A stretch of 33,231 bases of DNA from Candidatus Woesearchaeota archaeon (GTDB taxonomy: Archaea > Nanobdellota > Nanobdellia > SCGC-AAA011-G17 > PNOQ01): positions 1-33,231 of the forward strand of contig CAZPJW010000004.1 in NCBI GenBank assembly GCA_964587005.1, given 5' to 3'. Position 1 is the first letter of the stretch, and every line of letters starts with the position of its first letter. Shown piece after piece: positions 17,902-25,678 of the stretch. The translations under genes and the position numbers were made by a program. Below the pieces are notes generated by a model. That model made no database searches and was not told the DNA's origin. It was given only the letters and a program-made list of their open reading frames with translations.

Positions 17902-17910
17902 GGTTAACAC
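17902..17910. repeat. left target-site duplication GGTTAACAC
   Basis: Identical 9-mer at 22350-22358, directly outside each TIR. Confidence 0.95.
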
Positions 17911-17925
17911 GGCTTTGCACAATAA
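17911..17925 (+). repeat. left terminal inverted repeat GGCTTTGCACAATAA
   Basis: Exact reverse complement of 22335-22349; resembles the IS903 end GGCTTTGTTGAATAA (recalled). Confidence 0.95.
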
Positions 17926-17945
17926 GTCAAAGTTGCACAATAAGT
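17915..17945 (+). repeat. tandem 13-bp subterminal repeat TTGCACAATAAGT (17915-17927, 17933-17945)
   Basis: Two exact copies with an 18-bp period. Confidence 0.9.
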
Positions 17946-17952
17946 AAATTCA

Positions 17953-17966
17953 GAAAACTATAAAAA
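17953..17966 (+). promoter_or_regulatory. putative BRE/TATA promoter for the cargo genes
   Basis: GAAAACTATAAAAA ending about 23 nt upstream of ATG 17989. Confidence 0.5.
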
Positions 17967-17988
17967 GAATTAAGGGACTATTATTATT

Positions 17989-18747
17989 ATGAAAAAAAGA
18001 CTTGATATTTTAATAATAATTGTTTTGGTTTTATTTATCTCTGGTTGTGAAGTAGAATTACAAAAAAGTCCAGGAGAGTCAAATATAAACAATAACCCCT
18101 CTTTTTCTTTGCAAAATGCAGATAAAAATATTAAATTTAGCACTTCCAAGAATTTTTTACTTGAAACGAAAAAAGAAATAAAAACTGATGAGAGCAAGGA
18201 AGCCTTGTTATCTGGAATAGAAATTGAAAAAGAATCTATTGAGTTAGATTTGCCAAAAGAAGCTGTATATGGAGTTAGTGTTTCTGGGGGGTATGTTTTA
18301 TTTGGAAATAATGCGTTTGCTAGGGTTGTTTTGGTTGATTCTGATGATGTTGAATGGTTAATTTTTGGAACAGATCTCTTGTTCTTAGAAGGTTCAGATG
18401 TTTTTGATAATGTTTGTGATGAAACTTGCGTTTTTGATAAACCCATTATAATTAAAGAAATTAGAGTTGAAGGAACTGACTCTAATTTATTTCTGAATCA
18501 AATTAATTATAAAACTTCAAAAAGCTCTGAAAAGGCTAATGTTTTGAAAGAAAGGCAATATGATATTAAACTACAAAGATTACAAAATGAAATAAACTCT
18601 AAATCTTTATCTTGGACGGCAGGCGAAACTTCTGTTTCTAAAAAATATTACAGGGATTTGAAGAAATTATTTATTGGAAATGAGTTGGCTAATTTAAACG
18701 GATTTCAGTATTATAAGGGAGGGGTTTTTAAACTTGAAGATGATTAA
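17989..18747 (+). CDS. predicted lipoprotein with C-terminal C1A-protease propeptide-like segment (transposon cargo)
   Basis: Signal with lipobox-like ISG|C20; CDETC motif; C-terminal LQNEINSKSLSWTAGETSVS...LNGFQYYKGGVF resembles the segment preceding the mature domain in prokaryotic papain-like proteases (recalled). Confidence 0.65.
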   Translation: MKKRLDILIIIVLVLFISGCEVELQKSPGESNINNNPSFSLQNADKNIKFSTSKNFLLETKKEIKTDESKEALLSGIEIEKESIELDLPKEAVYGVSVSGGYVLFGNNAFARVVLVDSDDVEWLIFGTDLLFLEGSDVFDNVCDETCVFDKPIIIKEIRVEGTDSNLFLNQINYKTSKSSEKANVLKERQYDIKLQRLQNEINSKSLSWTAGETSVSKKYYRDLKKLFIGNELANLNGFQYYKGGVFKLEDD

Positions 18748-20995
18748 AAAATTATTATTAATCTTCTTATTTTTGATCCCTCTGGTTAGTGCAGAATATA
18801 TTGCCCCATATCCGGATGAATTAGATTATCGTGATTTTCAAGGTCAGAATTGGATGACTTCTGTAAAAAATCAAGAAGAATGTGGTTCTTGTTGGGCATT
18901 TGCTACAAATGCAGTTTTAGAAAGTTACATTAATCTATATTACAACCAACTTGTAAATGAAGATCTTAGCGAACAAGAACTTGTTTCTGATTGTTGTACC
19001 GATTGTGGTAGTTGTTCTGGGGGTCTTCCTAGCAATGCCCTATATTATATAGAAACTAACGGAGTTGTAACTGAATCTTGTTTTCCTTATGAAGCTCAAA
19101 ATTCGGCCTGTAACCTATGCCCTAATCACGATGATGTAACTTGGATATTTAATTCTGAAGAAAGAATATTTCAAGAACAACAATATATCAAAACATTTTT
19201 AGTTACAAATGGACCATTGCCCATGATTATAGACACTTGGAACCATGCAGTCGCACTTTCTGGGTATGAAAAAAACGATTCTGAAGATATTTGGATATTC
19301 AAGAATTCATGGGGTGAAGATTGGGGAGAAGATGGATATGGATATATTAGTGAACCAATAAATTTTCCACACAATATTTATTTTAGGGATTATGTCAGCG
19401 AAATTGTAAATTCTCCTAATCCAAATAATATTAATTGTTTAGATGGGGATGGAGATGATTATTGTTATTGGGGAATAACTGAGTCAATGCCGGGTTCTTG
19501 CCCCGGGATTTGCCTTTCATACAAAGATGAAGATGATTCCAATCCAAATATATACAAAGAAATGGATTTGTGGATTAGTGATTATGATGTACCAGAAAAA
19601 ACAAAAATAGATGAGATGAAGCATTATAGAATTTATGTTAATTATAAAGGGAATAATGAAAATCAAGTTATAAATAATGTTGAAGTTAATCTATACGTTG
19701 ATGGATCCCTACTCCAAGGAGAAGTTATTCCAAGTTTAAATGATGGTGAAACTTACCTTGTTGATTTTATATTAGACCCAAATGGATTTTATGAACCTTA
19801 TTTTAATAATAAATTTAGGTGGGAAATAGTTCCAAAGACTGGAGAAATAAATACTGAAAATAATTACTTGGAAAATGATGTTTGGGTTTATAATTATGAT
19901 AATGGATTTATCATAAGTGAATCTGGATATGTTTTTGATTGTTATTCAAACAATAATCCAGAGGGGCACCAAATTGAAGCTATTGTGGGTCCGAAGGGAG
20001 GGGAAGGAATCTCTTCTAGTTATACTAATTCCATAGAAATAAAAAATTGTTTAATGGGTGGCTGGTATAAGGACATTTATCTAGATCACGTTGAAAATAG
20101 TTTAGTGCAGAATAATCGACTTGGAGATGGATCTGGTTTAGGGATTTGGCTTTATCATTCCAATTATAATAATCTAACTCAAAATAGCCCAATACAGGAT
20201 AGCAATGGCCAAGGCATATTTTTAGAATATTCTAATCACAACGAAATTTCAGACAACATAATCCAATATACAGATTATGACTGTGTTGGATTGGATAATT
20301 CAGATAATAATCATATCCTCCACAATCTTATAAAAAATTGTTATTATGATGGTTTGTATCTCTTTAATTCTAGCGCTAATTTAATAGAGGGTAATGCAGT
20401 CCATGAGAATCGCCGAAAAGGAATTGCTTTAACATTTGGTGAAGAAAATACACTGTTTGATAATAATGGTTACAATAATCTTAACTTTTTTATTTTGTTA
20501 TACGGCTCAGAAAATAACCATATACTTAACAATTGGAATCAAGGTATGTATGGAGGGTTAGCTATATACTCTTCAAATGATTATGGTTATACATTTCCTT
20601 CAAGATATAATGAAATATCTGACAATATAATGTGTCAATTTAGAGATTATGAAGAAGGCTATTATCTTGACTTTTCTTGCCAAGAAGCAGATACTTTTGG
20701 GAACTATGGAGACCATAATAAATTTGGATACTATCTACCACCCTATGACCCTTATGCAGTGTGGGAATGTGAGGATGGATGGCCAGAACACGAAATTAAT
20801 TATTATGCTTGTAATCAATGTAGTGATGGAACTCTTGAAGAAGAATGTTCTGAGAATATGCCAAAGTATTGTTTAAATAGAAACTTAATAAATAATTGCC
20901 AAGAATGTGGCTGTCCAGTTGGATATTCTTGTAAATCAGATGGGTCTTGTCAAAGAAAACAAGGAACTAAATACAGACCAATGCAAGCAGTATAA
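18734..20995 (+). CDS. secreted papain-like cysteine protease (C1A) with CARDB-like domain, NosD/parallel beta-helix repeats and C-terminal Cys-rich module (transposon cargo)
   Basis: Signal peptide KKLLLIFLFLIPLVSA; Q..CGSCWAF (Cys 18890-18892), NHAV (His 19244-19246), KNSWG (Asn 19304-19306); EQELVSDC; N-rich GI.L..S..N.I..N repeats; SD GGAGG at 18718-18722. Confidence 0.92.
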   Translation: MKMIKKLLLIFLFLIPLVSAEYIAPYPDELDYRDFQGQNWMTSVKNQEECGSCWAFATNAVLESYINLYYNQLVNEDLSEQELVSDCCTDCGSCSGGLPSNALYYIETNGVVTESCFPYEAQNSACNLCPNHDDVTWIFNSEERIFQEQQYIKTFLVTNGPLPMIIDTWNHAVALSGYEKNDSEDIWIFKNSWGEDWGEDGYGYISEPINFPHNIYFRDYVSEIVNSPNPNNINCLDGDGDDYCYWGITESMPGSCPGICLSYKDEDDSNPNIYKEMDLWISDYDVPEKTKIDEMKHYRIYVNYKGNNENQVINNVEVNLYVDGSLLQGEVIPSLNDGETYLVDFILDPNGFYEPYFNNKFRWEIVPKTGEINTENNYLENDVWVYNYDNGFIISESGYVFDCYSNNNPEGHQIEAIVGPKGGEGISSSYTNSIEIKNCLMGGWYKDIYLDHVENSLVQNNRLGDGSGLGIWLYHSNYNNLTQNSPIQDSNGQGIFLEYSNHNEISDNIIQYTDYDCVGLDNSDNNHILHNLIKNCYYDGLYLFNSSANLIEGNAVHENRRKGIALTFGEENTLFDNNGYNNLNFFILLYGSENNHILNNWNQGMYGGLAIYSSNDYGYTFPSRYNEISDNIMCQFRDYEEGYYLDFSCQEADTFGNYGDHNKFGYYLPPYDPYAVWECEDGWPEHEINYYACNQCSDGTLEEECSENMPKYCLNRNLINNCQECGCPVGYSCKSDGSCQRKQGTKYRPMQAV

Positions 20996-21019
20996 TCTGT
21001 ATTTTCTTTTATAGAAACA

Positions 21020-21048
21020 TTTATATACTATTTACACATAATATATGT
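21020..21048 (+). promoter_or_regulatory. TATA (TTTATATA) plus inverted repeat ACATA-ATA-TATGT, candidate RHH operator
   Basis: TATA-like 21020-21027 and palindrome 21036-21048 upstream of the RHH gene (SD AAGGAGGA 21073-21080). Confidence 0.45.
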
Positions 21049-21085
21049 ACTATAATTAATAAATAATACATAAAGGAGGAATAAG

Positions 21086-21253
21086 ATGAGCAAAAAGATT
21101 GTTGTAACCCTACCAGATGAAACTTATAAGTTAATGAAGAACTTAGATGGTATGGGAGAAAAGGATGGAGAAAAAGTTAGAAATTTGGTGATAGCTTGGA
21201 TGGCTGAGAAAAGTATGATCTCTACCTCTGCAAAGGAGAAAATGAAAAAATAA
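21086..21253 (+). CDS. CopG/ribbon-helix-helix DNA-binding protein, 55 aa (MSKKIVVTLPDETYKLMKNLDGMGEKDGEKVRNLVIAWMAEKSMISTSAKEKMKK)
   Basis: Below the ORF-track cutoff; strong SD; beta-strand KIVVTLP followed by two helices, RHH-like. Confidence 0.75.
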   Translation: MSKKIVVTLPDETYKLMKNLDGMGEKDGEKVRNLVIAWMAEKSMISTSAKEKMKK

Positions 21254-21266
21254 ATTATAATTAATA

Positions 21267-21282
21267 GGAGCCCGAAGGCTCC
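21267..21282 (+). promoter_or_regulatory. GC-rich hairpin GGAGCC-CGAA-GGCTCC 11 nt upstream of the transposase ATG
   Basis: Perfect 6-bp stem with a 4-nt loop in otherwise AT-rich intergenic DNA. Confidence 0.6.
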
Positions 21283-21293
21283 AAGGATTTAAA

Positions 21294-22334
21294 ATGCCCC
21301 GCAAAGAACAAATTAAACCCATAGAAGATTATCAAGAAGAGTATAAAAAATTAACTGAAAATGGTAAATATAGTCAAGTTTGGGAAGAATACAATAAGGC
21401 TCAAACAAAAGAGAAATTACTTTTCTATAGACTTCTTAATGAACTTTTAGATATACTTCCAGAGAGAGAATACACATTTGGTAGACCAAGAAAATCTTTG
21501 AGAGATATGATATTCTGTTGTATGATAAAAATTTACAACAATACTTCTTCAAGAAGAATAATTTCTGATTTAGAACTTGCAAAGAAAGCTGGTTATATTG
21601 AACAAGTTCCACATTTTAATACATTATTAAATTATTTTGATGATGCAGGTATGTGGGTTATCTTGAACTATTTAATTAAAATCTCTGGACTTCCATTAAA
21701 GCAAGTTGAAGAGGCTTTTGCAGTTGATGCTTCTGGTTTTGGAACTGGAAGATTTGATAGATGGGTAAATGTTAGGAATAAATCAGGAAAACCAAGAAAG
21801 GGATTTGTAAAGGCACATATTTGTTGTGGAGTTAAAACTAATATCGTAACTGCAGTTGAAATAACGAGGGAGAATGTTCATGATAATGTTTTATTTGGTT
21901 CTCTTGTAGACAAGACTCATAGTAATTTTTATATGAAAGAACTTTCTGCAGATAAAGCTTATTCTTCTAGGGATAATCTTGAATTAGTAAACCAATTAGG
22001 AGCAATGCCTTTTATTCCGTTTAAGAAAAATGTAACTGGGAAATCTAGAGGGTCTCCAACTTGGGCTAAAATGTATAAGATTTTTGCTACAAAATATATA
22101 GAATTTGCCGAGCATTATCACAAACGTTCTAATGTAGAAACTGTATTTTCAATGATAAAAAAGAAATTCGGAGATAACGTAAGGTGTAAATCGTTACGTA
22201 GTCAAACAAATGAAGTTTTGTGTAAGATACTTTCCCATAATTTGGTAGTTTTAATTCACGAATTATTTGAACTTAAAATAGATATAAATTTTGATGAAAT
22301 CTCGAAAAATCACCCTGCACAAAAAGTGGTCTAG
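21294..22334 (+). CDS. tnp: DDE transposase, IS5 family (DDE_Tnp_1-like)
   Basis: AVDASG, VKAHI, ADKAY and YHKRSNVETVFSMIK give the D, D and E residues with an IS903-like YH.RS..ET motif; ORF intact; stop abuts the right TIR. Confidence 0.92.
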   Translation: MPRKEQIKPIEDYQEEYKKLTENGKYSQVWEEYNKAQTKEKLLFYRLLNELLDILPEREYTFGRPRKSLRDMIFCCMIKIYNNTSSRRIISDLELAKKAGYIEQVPHFNTLLNYFDDAGMWVILNYLIKISGLPLKQVEEAFAVDASGFGTGRFDRWVNVRNKSGKPRKGFVKAHICCGVKTNIVTAVEITRENVHDNVLFGSLVDKTHSNFYMKELSADKAYSSRDNLELVNQLGAMPFIPFKKNVTGKSRGSPTWAKMYKIFATKYIEFAEHYHKRSNVETVFSMIKKKFGDNVRCKSLRSQTNEVLCKILSHNLVVLIHELFELKIDINFDEISKNHPAQKVV

Positions 22335-22349
22335 TTATTGTGCAAAGCC
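22335..22349 (-). repeat. right terminal inverted repeat
   Basis: TTATTGTGCAAAGCC is the reverse complement of the left TIR. Confidence 0.95.
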
Positions 22350-22358
22350 GGTTAACAC
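22350..22358. repeat. right target-site duplication GGTTAACAC
   Basis: Identical to 17902-17910. Confidence 0.95.
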
Positions 22359-22360
22359 CT

Positions 22361-23803
22361 CTACTTCTTTTTTGGAGCAAAAATTATTACTAATAACACA
22401 ACAAATACAGCTAAAAATAAAACACCAAAAACATAAGACCTATTTAAACTGAAATTCTCTCCAAATCCTTTATCCGCACTATATTCACCACTACTTGGAT
22501 CTCCAAAGATATAATCAAAGAATCCTTTATCTTCAGACTCTTCACTTGCTAAACCAATTGATTCCAAACAACATACTTGGCTTTCTCCTATATAATATTC
22601 ACACTCTTCATCTAGATACTCTATGTCTGGAGAGATATAATCTCCACTACATTCACTAGCCATACAGGTTCCATTATAATGGGTACAATCATTAACATCA
22701 TCATTTTCATACGGGTAACAACAAACTTCACTAGCACCATATTCTTCTACACAACTATCTGTTAATTGTTCATATCCCTCTAAATCACTAACATCATAAA
22801 ATCCTTCACCACATTGTCCCTCACATTCTCCACCAACATATTCGCAATAATTGTCTTCCTCGTCTCCTTCTCCAGAAGTTTCTTCACCATTATCAGTAAG
22901 TCCTAATGTACAACTTCCATCTTGGTTACATTGGTATCCATCTGGGCAAAATTCATAAGGGATTTCACAAGACTGGCACGATTCAACCAAAACCATATCA
23001 TCCCCACTTTGCTGACATTTATATCCATAATACTCTTCTGATAAAGAACATTGGCCAGGCAAAGTGCCATCAATACATTCGGTATCTTTTGGTGCTTCGT
23101 AAGGGTTACATTGTCCAGTACTCGGATCAAAAGGATCTTCCTGGCAGATGTAGTTTTCAGTACATGCACCATCAATAGGACCAACACCATCTTCACAATC
23201 GCCCAGTTCTTGGCAACTTTCAAATTCATCATTCATAACCCTATATCCAAACTCTTCTAAATAGGTAGAAGAACAAAAATCATCACCCTCAATAGAATCT
23301 TGACATTGACCACAATTATCTCCAGCATCATAATCATCTTCATAGCAATTATCACTTGTTTCTGGAATATTTACTAACGCCCCATCCTTATCAACACATA
23401 ATTCAGAAGTGCCACATTGCCAATGTCCAGAACAATAATCCTCTCCTGGCGGATTTGGATCGCCACCCTCATCTCCGTATCTGGAACAAGAAACACCATC
23501 TTGATTACACTCCCATGGGGGGTTACATCCGCACTCATCACAATTATCTACAATAGAACATTCTGGTGGATCACCTTTTGGCAAACAATATTTAGGTCGA
23601 TCCCAAGATAAACAAGAGCCGCCTCCAACCGTATAACCCTGGTCGGTACAACTACAACCAATTTGAGGTAGTGGGGCCAATCCCTGAATTACTTCTTTAT
23701 TTTCATCATAAAACGAAACTACAAACATAACACCCAAAATAACTAAAACAACAATAAGAATAGCCTTCAAATTCCCTCTTTTCATCATACCGTCTATTTT
23801 CAT
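22361..23803 (-). CDS. Cys-rich acidic surface protein with N- and C-terminal TM segments
   Basis: Two hydrophobic ends; two CGCP-type modules; two C-x6-C-x3/4-C-xn-C-x9-CC repeats. Confidence 0.75.
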   Translation of the reverse strand: MKIDGMMKRGNLKAILIVVLVILGVMFVVSFYDENKEVIQGLAPLPQIGCSCTDQGYTVGGGSCLSWDRPKYCLPKGDPPECSIVDNCDECGCNPPWECNQDGVSCSRYGDEGGDPNPPGEDYCSGHWQCGTSELCVDKDGALVNIPETSDNCYEDDYDAGDNCGQCQDSIEGDDFCSSTYLEEFGYRVMNDEFESCQELGDCEDGVGPIDGACTENYICQEDPFDPSTGQCNPYEAPKDTECIDGTLPGQCSLSEEYYGYKCQQSGDDMVLVESCQSCEIPYEFCPDGYQCNQDGSCTLGLTDNGEETSGEGDEEDNYCEYVGGECEGQCGEGFYDVSDLEGYEQLTDSCVEEYGASEVCCYPYENDDVNDCTHYNGTCMASECSGDYISPDIEYLDEECEYYIGESQVCCLESIGLASEESEDKGFFDYIFGDPSSGEYSADKGFGENFSLNRSYVFGVLFLAVFVVLLVIIFAPKKK

Positions 23804-23827
23804 TTACTTATTTATATAATTTACCCT

Positions 23828-25678
23828 TTAAATTGGATCATCCTGGCCAGGCCAGTGTTCTGTAAATCGAATCAAGGGAGATCTTTTCTCCATACATCTC
23901 CCTAGGCTACATCCGTATAAACAATATACTTCACTAGCATCTACTCCTTCATCTCCACAAAACCATTCAAGTAAATACTGGCCATTACACTCGTCAGTGT
24001 ATTCACCATAATCGTCTACAAGTGTTCCCCTCTCCCAAATATTAAAACCACCATCACTATCTTCACAATATGGTGGCAATGAAGTTATGGTAACATATTG
24101 AAGATTACTTTCATTTTCATTCCCAACACTATTTATTGCCTTACTTTTAATAGTATAATCTCCCCCACCAATTTCATTAAAGATAAATTCATACAATTCT
24201 TGGGCAGAGTCAAAGATATCATCCTTGGCACCAGTATTAAACCAGTCACTCCAAGGCTCTTCCTCAAGTTGATAACTATAAACAACATTTCCAATTGTAT
24301 TTATTGAGATATCATTGTAATATGGGTTTATTGCAGGGAAGATATTAATTGAAGCATTACCATCAAAATAAAATCCAAGTTCATCTTCAATTCCCTCATT
24401 CAACCAAATGTCTGGAAAAGTATCTTGGATATCTAAAATACCATTCCCATCACTATCTTGCCAACCAACTTGCCCCCTTGCATATTCATCAATTAATCCC
24501 TGGGGAAATGCTTCGGTTGGATATTTCATTATTGAAATTTCATCAAGTAAACATTCATTTATACAATTCTGGTTTTCATAATATAGGTATCCTCCATGAG
24601 AAGTGCAAGTACAAGAACCATACTCATCTCTTGCCCCAAAGATATGGCCAGTCTCATGAGCACAAACTGAGTCCATATTTTCAATACCATAATTTCCATT
24701 ATCATAGGTCATCACAGAATAAGGGCCACCCCCACTTCCATCATCATGAACAACTGTGAAAGCAAAACTTCCATCATAGTCAAAAGCCCCATCTACATCT
24801 TCACTAGAATCAACAACAAATATGACAAATCCCCACTCAGCCTCTCCCCTATGGTCGTTCACATATTCAAAAACAAAGGGAGTGCAATCCGAGCCATCAG
24901 GCGAATATCCTAAGTGCTCCAAATTATCATTTATCCAGAAACATCTTCCAGCGTTAGATGAAGAACCCGGCCCCCAGATAGGCTCATATTCTGTAGGGAT
25001 CATTTCCTCAAAATTATAGTCAAAGGTCAAATGGGAGCCATTCTCACGAAGCACCCACCAATCCATGGCTAAAAAAATTTCATCTTTAACATTTTGAATT
25101 TCCTCACCAGTCCAATCCTCTTGATCTGGGCCATACTGAGTGCAAGCGGGGAGATCTAAACAAACTGTCTCATCACTCTCCGGAAAAATCACAGAAACAG
25201 AAACATCTCCAATCATAAATGAACTAGTATCGGTGGCATCAGCACCTTCAGGAATTCCTCTAGGAACAATCTGCAAATCATCCAAACTAGGTTTTTCAAT
25301 CATAATAACATCATCATAAATCGGCTCAACATCAGGAATATTAGCTAATTTCTCAGCCAAAGGCATTCTCTTATAATCCAAACTTCTAGTCCAAGAAGTA
25401 AAAACACTAGAATACTTTGAAGGAACATTGGAATTTTCATAATAAACTTTTCCCCTATAATTAGAAGGAATATCTCCAATCAAAACACCATCATCAGAAA
25501 AAATGTGTCTCACTCTTCCACCCAAACTTTCAATTTCATCTCTAGCAGAATAAACATCATCGGATACAACAAAACCCTCTCTAACATTAAAAGAATACTT
25601 TGGTTCTGCATAACACCCAGACACAGCTAAAATAAGTCCCAAAACGGCTACTAATATGATTGAATTTGTTTTTTTCAT
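23828..25678 (-). CDS. secreted zinc metalloprotease (metzincin-like HExxHxxGxxD) with pro-region, Ig-like domain and Cys-rich tail
   Basis: Signal/lipobox VSGC; AHETGHIFGARDEY (HETGH at 24644-24658); SIMKY Met-turn-like; CEDSDGG...EWFC...C..GC..G.C tail. Confidence 0.8.
   Translation of the reverse strand: MKKTNSIILVAVLGLILAVSGCYAEPKYSFNVREGFVVSDDVYSARDEIESLGGRVRHIFSDDGVLIGDIPSNYRGKVYYENSNVPSKYSSVFTSWTRSLDYKRMPLAEKLANIPDVEPIYDDVIMIEKPSLDDLQIVPRGIPEGADATDTSSFMIGDVSVSVIFPESDETVCLDLPACTQYGPDQEDWTGEEIQNVKDEIFLAMDWWVLRENGSHLTFDYNFEEMIPTEYEPIWGPGSSSNAGRCFWINDNLEHLGYSPDGSDCTPFVFEYVNDHRGEAEWGFVIFVVDSSEDVDGAFDYDGSFAFTVVHDDGSGGGPYSVMTYDNGNYGIENMDSVCAHETGHIFGARDEYGSCTCTSHGGYLYYENQNCINECLLDEISIMKYPTEAFPQGLIDEYARGQVGWQDSDGNGILDIQDTFPDIWLNEGIEDELGFYFDGNASINIFPAINPYYNDISINTIGNVVYSYQLEEEPWSDWFNTGAKDDIFDSAQELYEFIFNEIGGGDYTIKSKAINSVGNENESNLQYVTITSLPPYCEDSDGGFNIWERGTLVDDYGEYTDECNGQYLLEWFCGDEGVDASEVYCLYGCSLGRCMEKRSPLIRFTEHWPGQDDPI

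Larger units (their letters stand above)
17911..22349 (+). mobile_element. 4,439-bp cargo-carrying IS5-family (IS903-group-like) transposon
   Basis: Perfect 15-bp TIRs, 9-bp TSD, one intact DDE transposase ending at the right TIR, and passenger genes inside. Confidence 0.92.

Noticed and set aside
17915-17945. Mini CRISPR array
   Set aside because: Only two 13-bp copies with a 5-bp gap, part of the transposon end, and no cas genes.
17970-18446. Minus-strand 158-aa ORF within the transposon
   Set aside because: Antisense to the lipoprotein gene, which has a signal peptide and promoter; no motif of its own.
18725-18733. TTTTTAAAC as a -1 slippery site fusing lipoprotein and protease
   Set aside because: The protease ORF is in the +1 frame relative to the upstream ORF, the heptamer is out of register, and the protease has its own SD and signal peptide. 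A +1 event or sequencing indel is not strictly excluded.
20996-21085. Internal left end of a minimal IS (composite-transposon model)
   Set aside because: No GGCTTTGCAC-like sequence or second TSD is visible between the cargo and rhh; the only matching TIR is at 17911.
22903-25019. Several short alternative-frame or antisense ORFs within the Cys-rich and metalloprotease genes
   Set aside because: They overlap well-supported genes and have no start signals or recognisable motifs.
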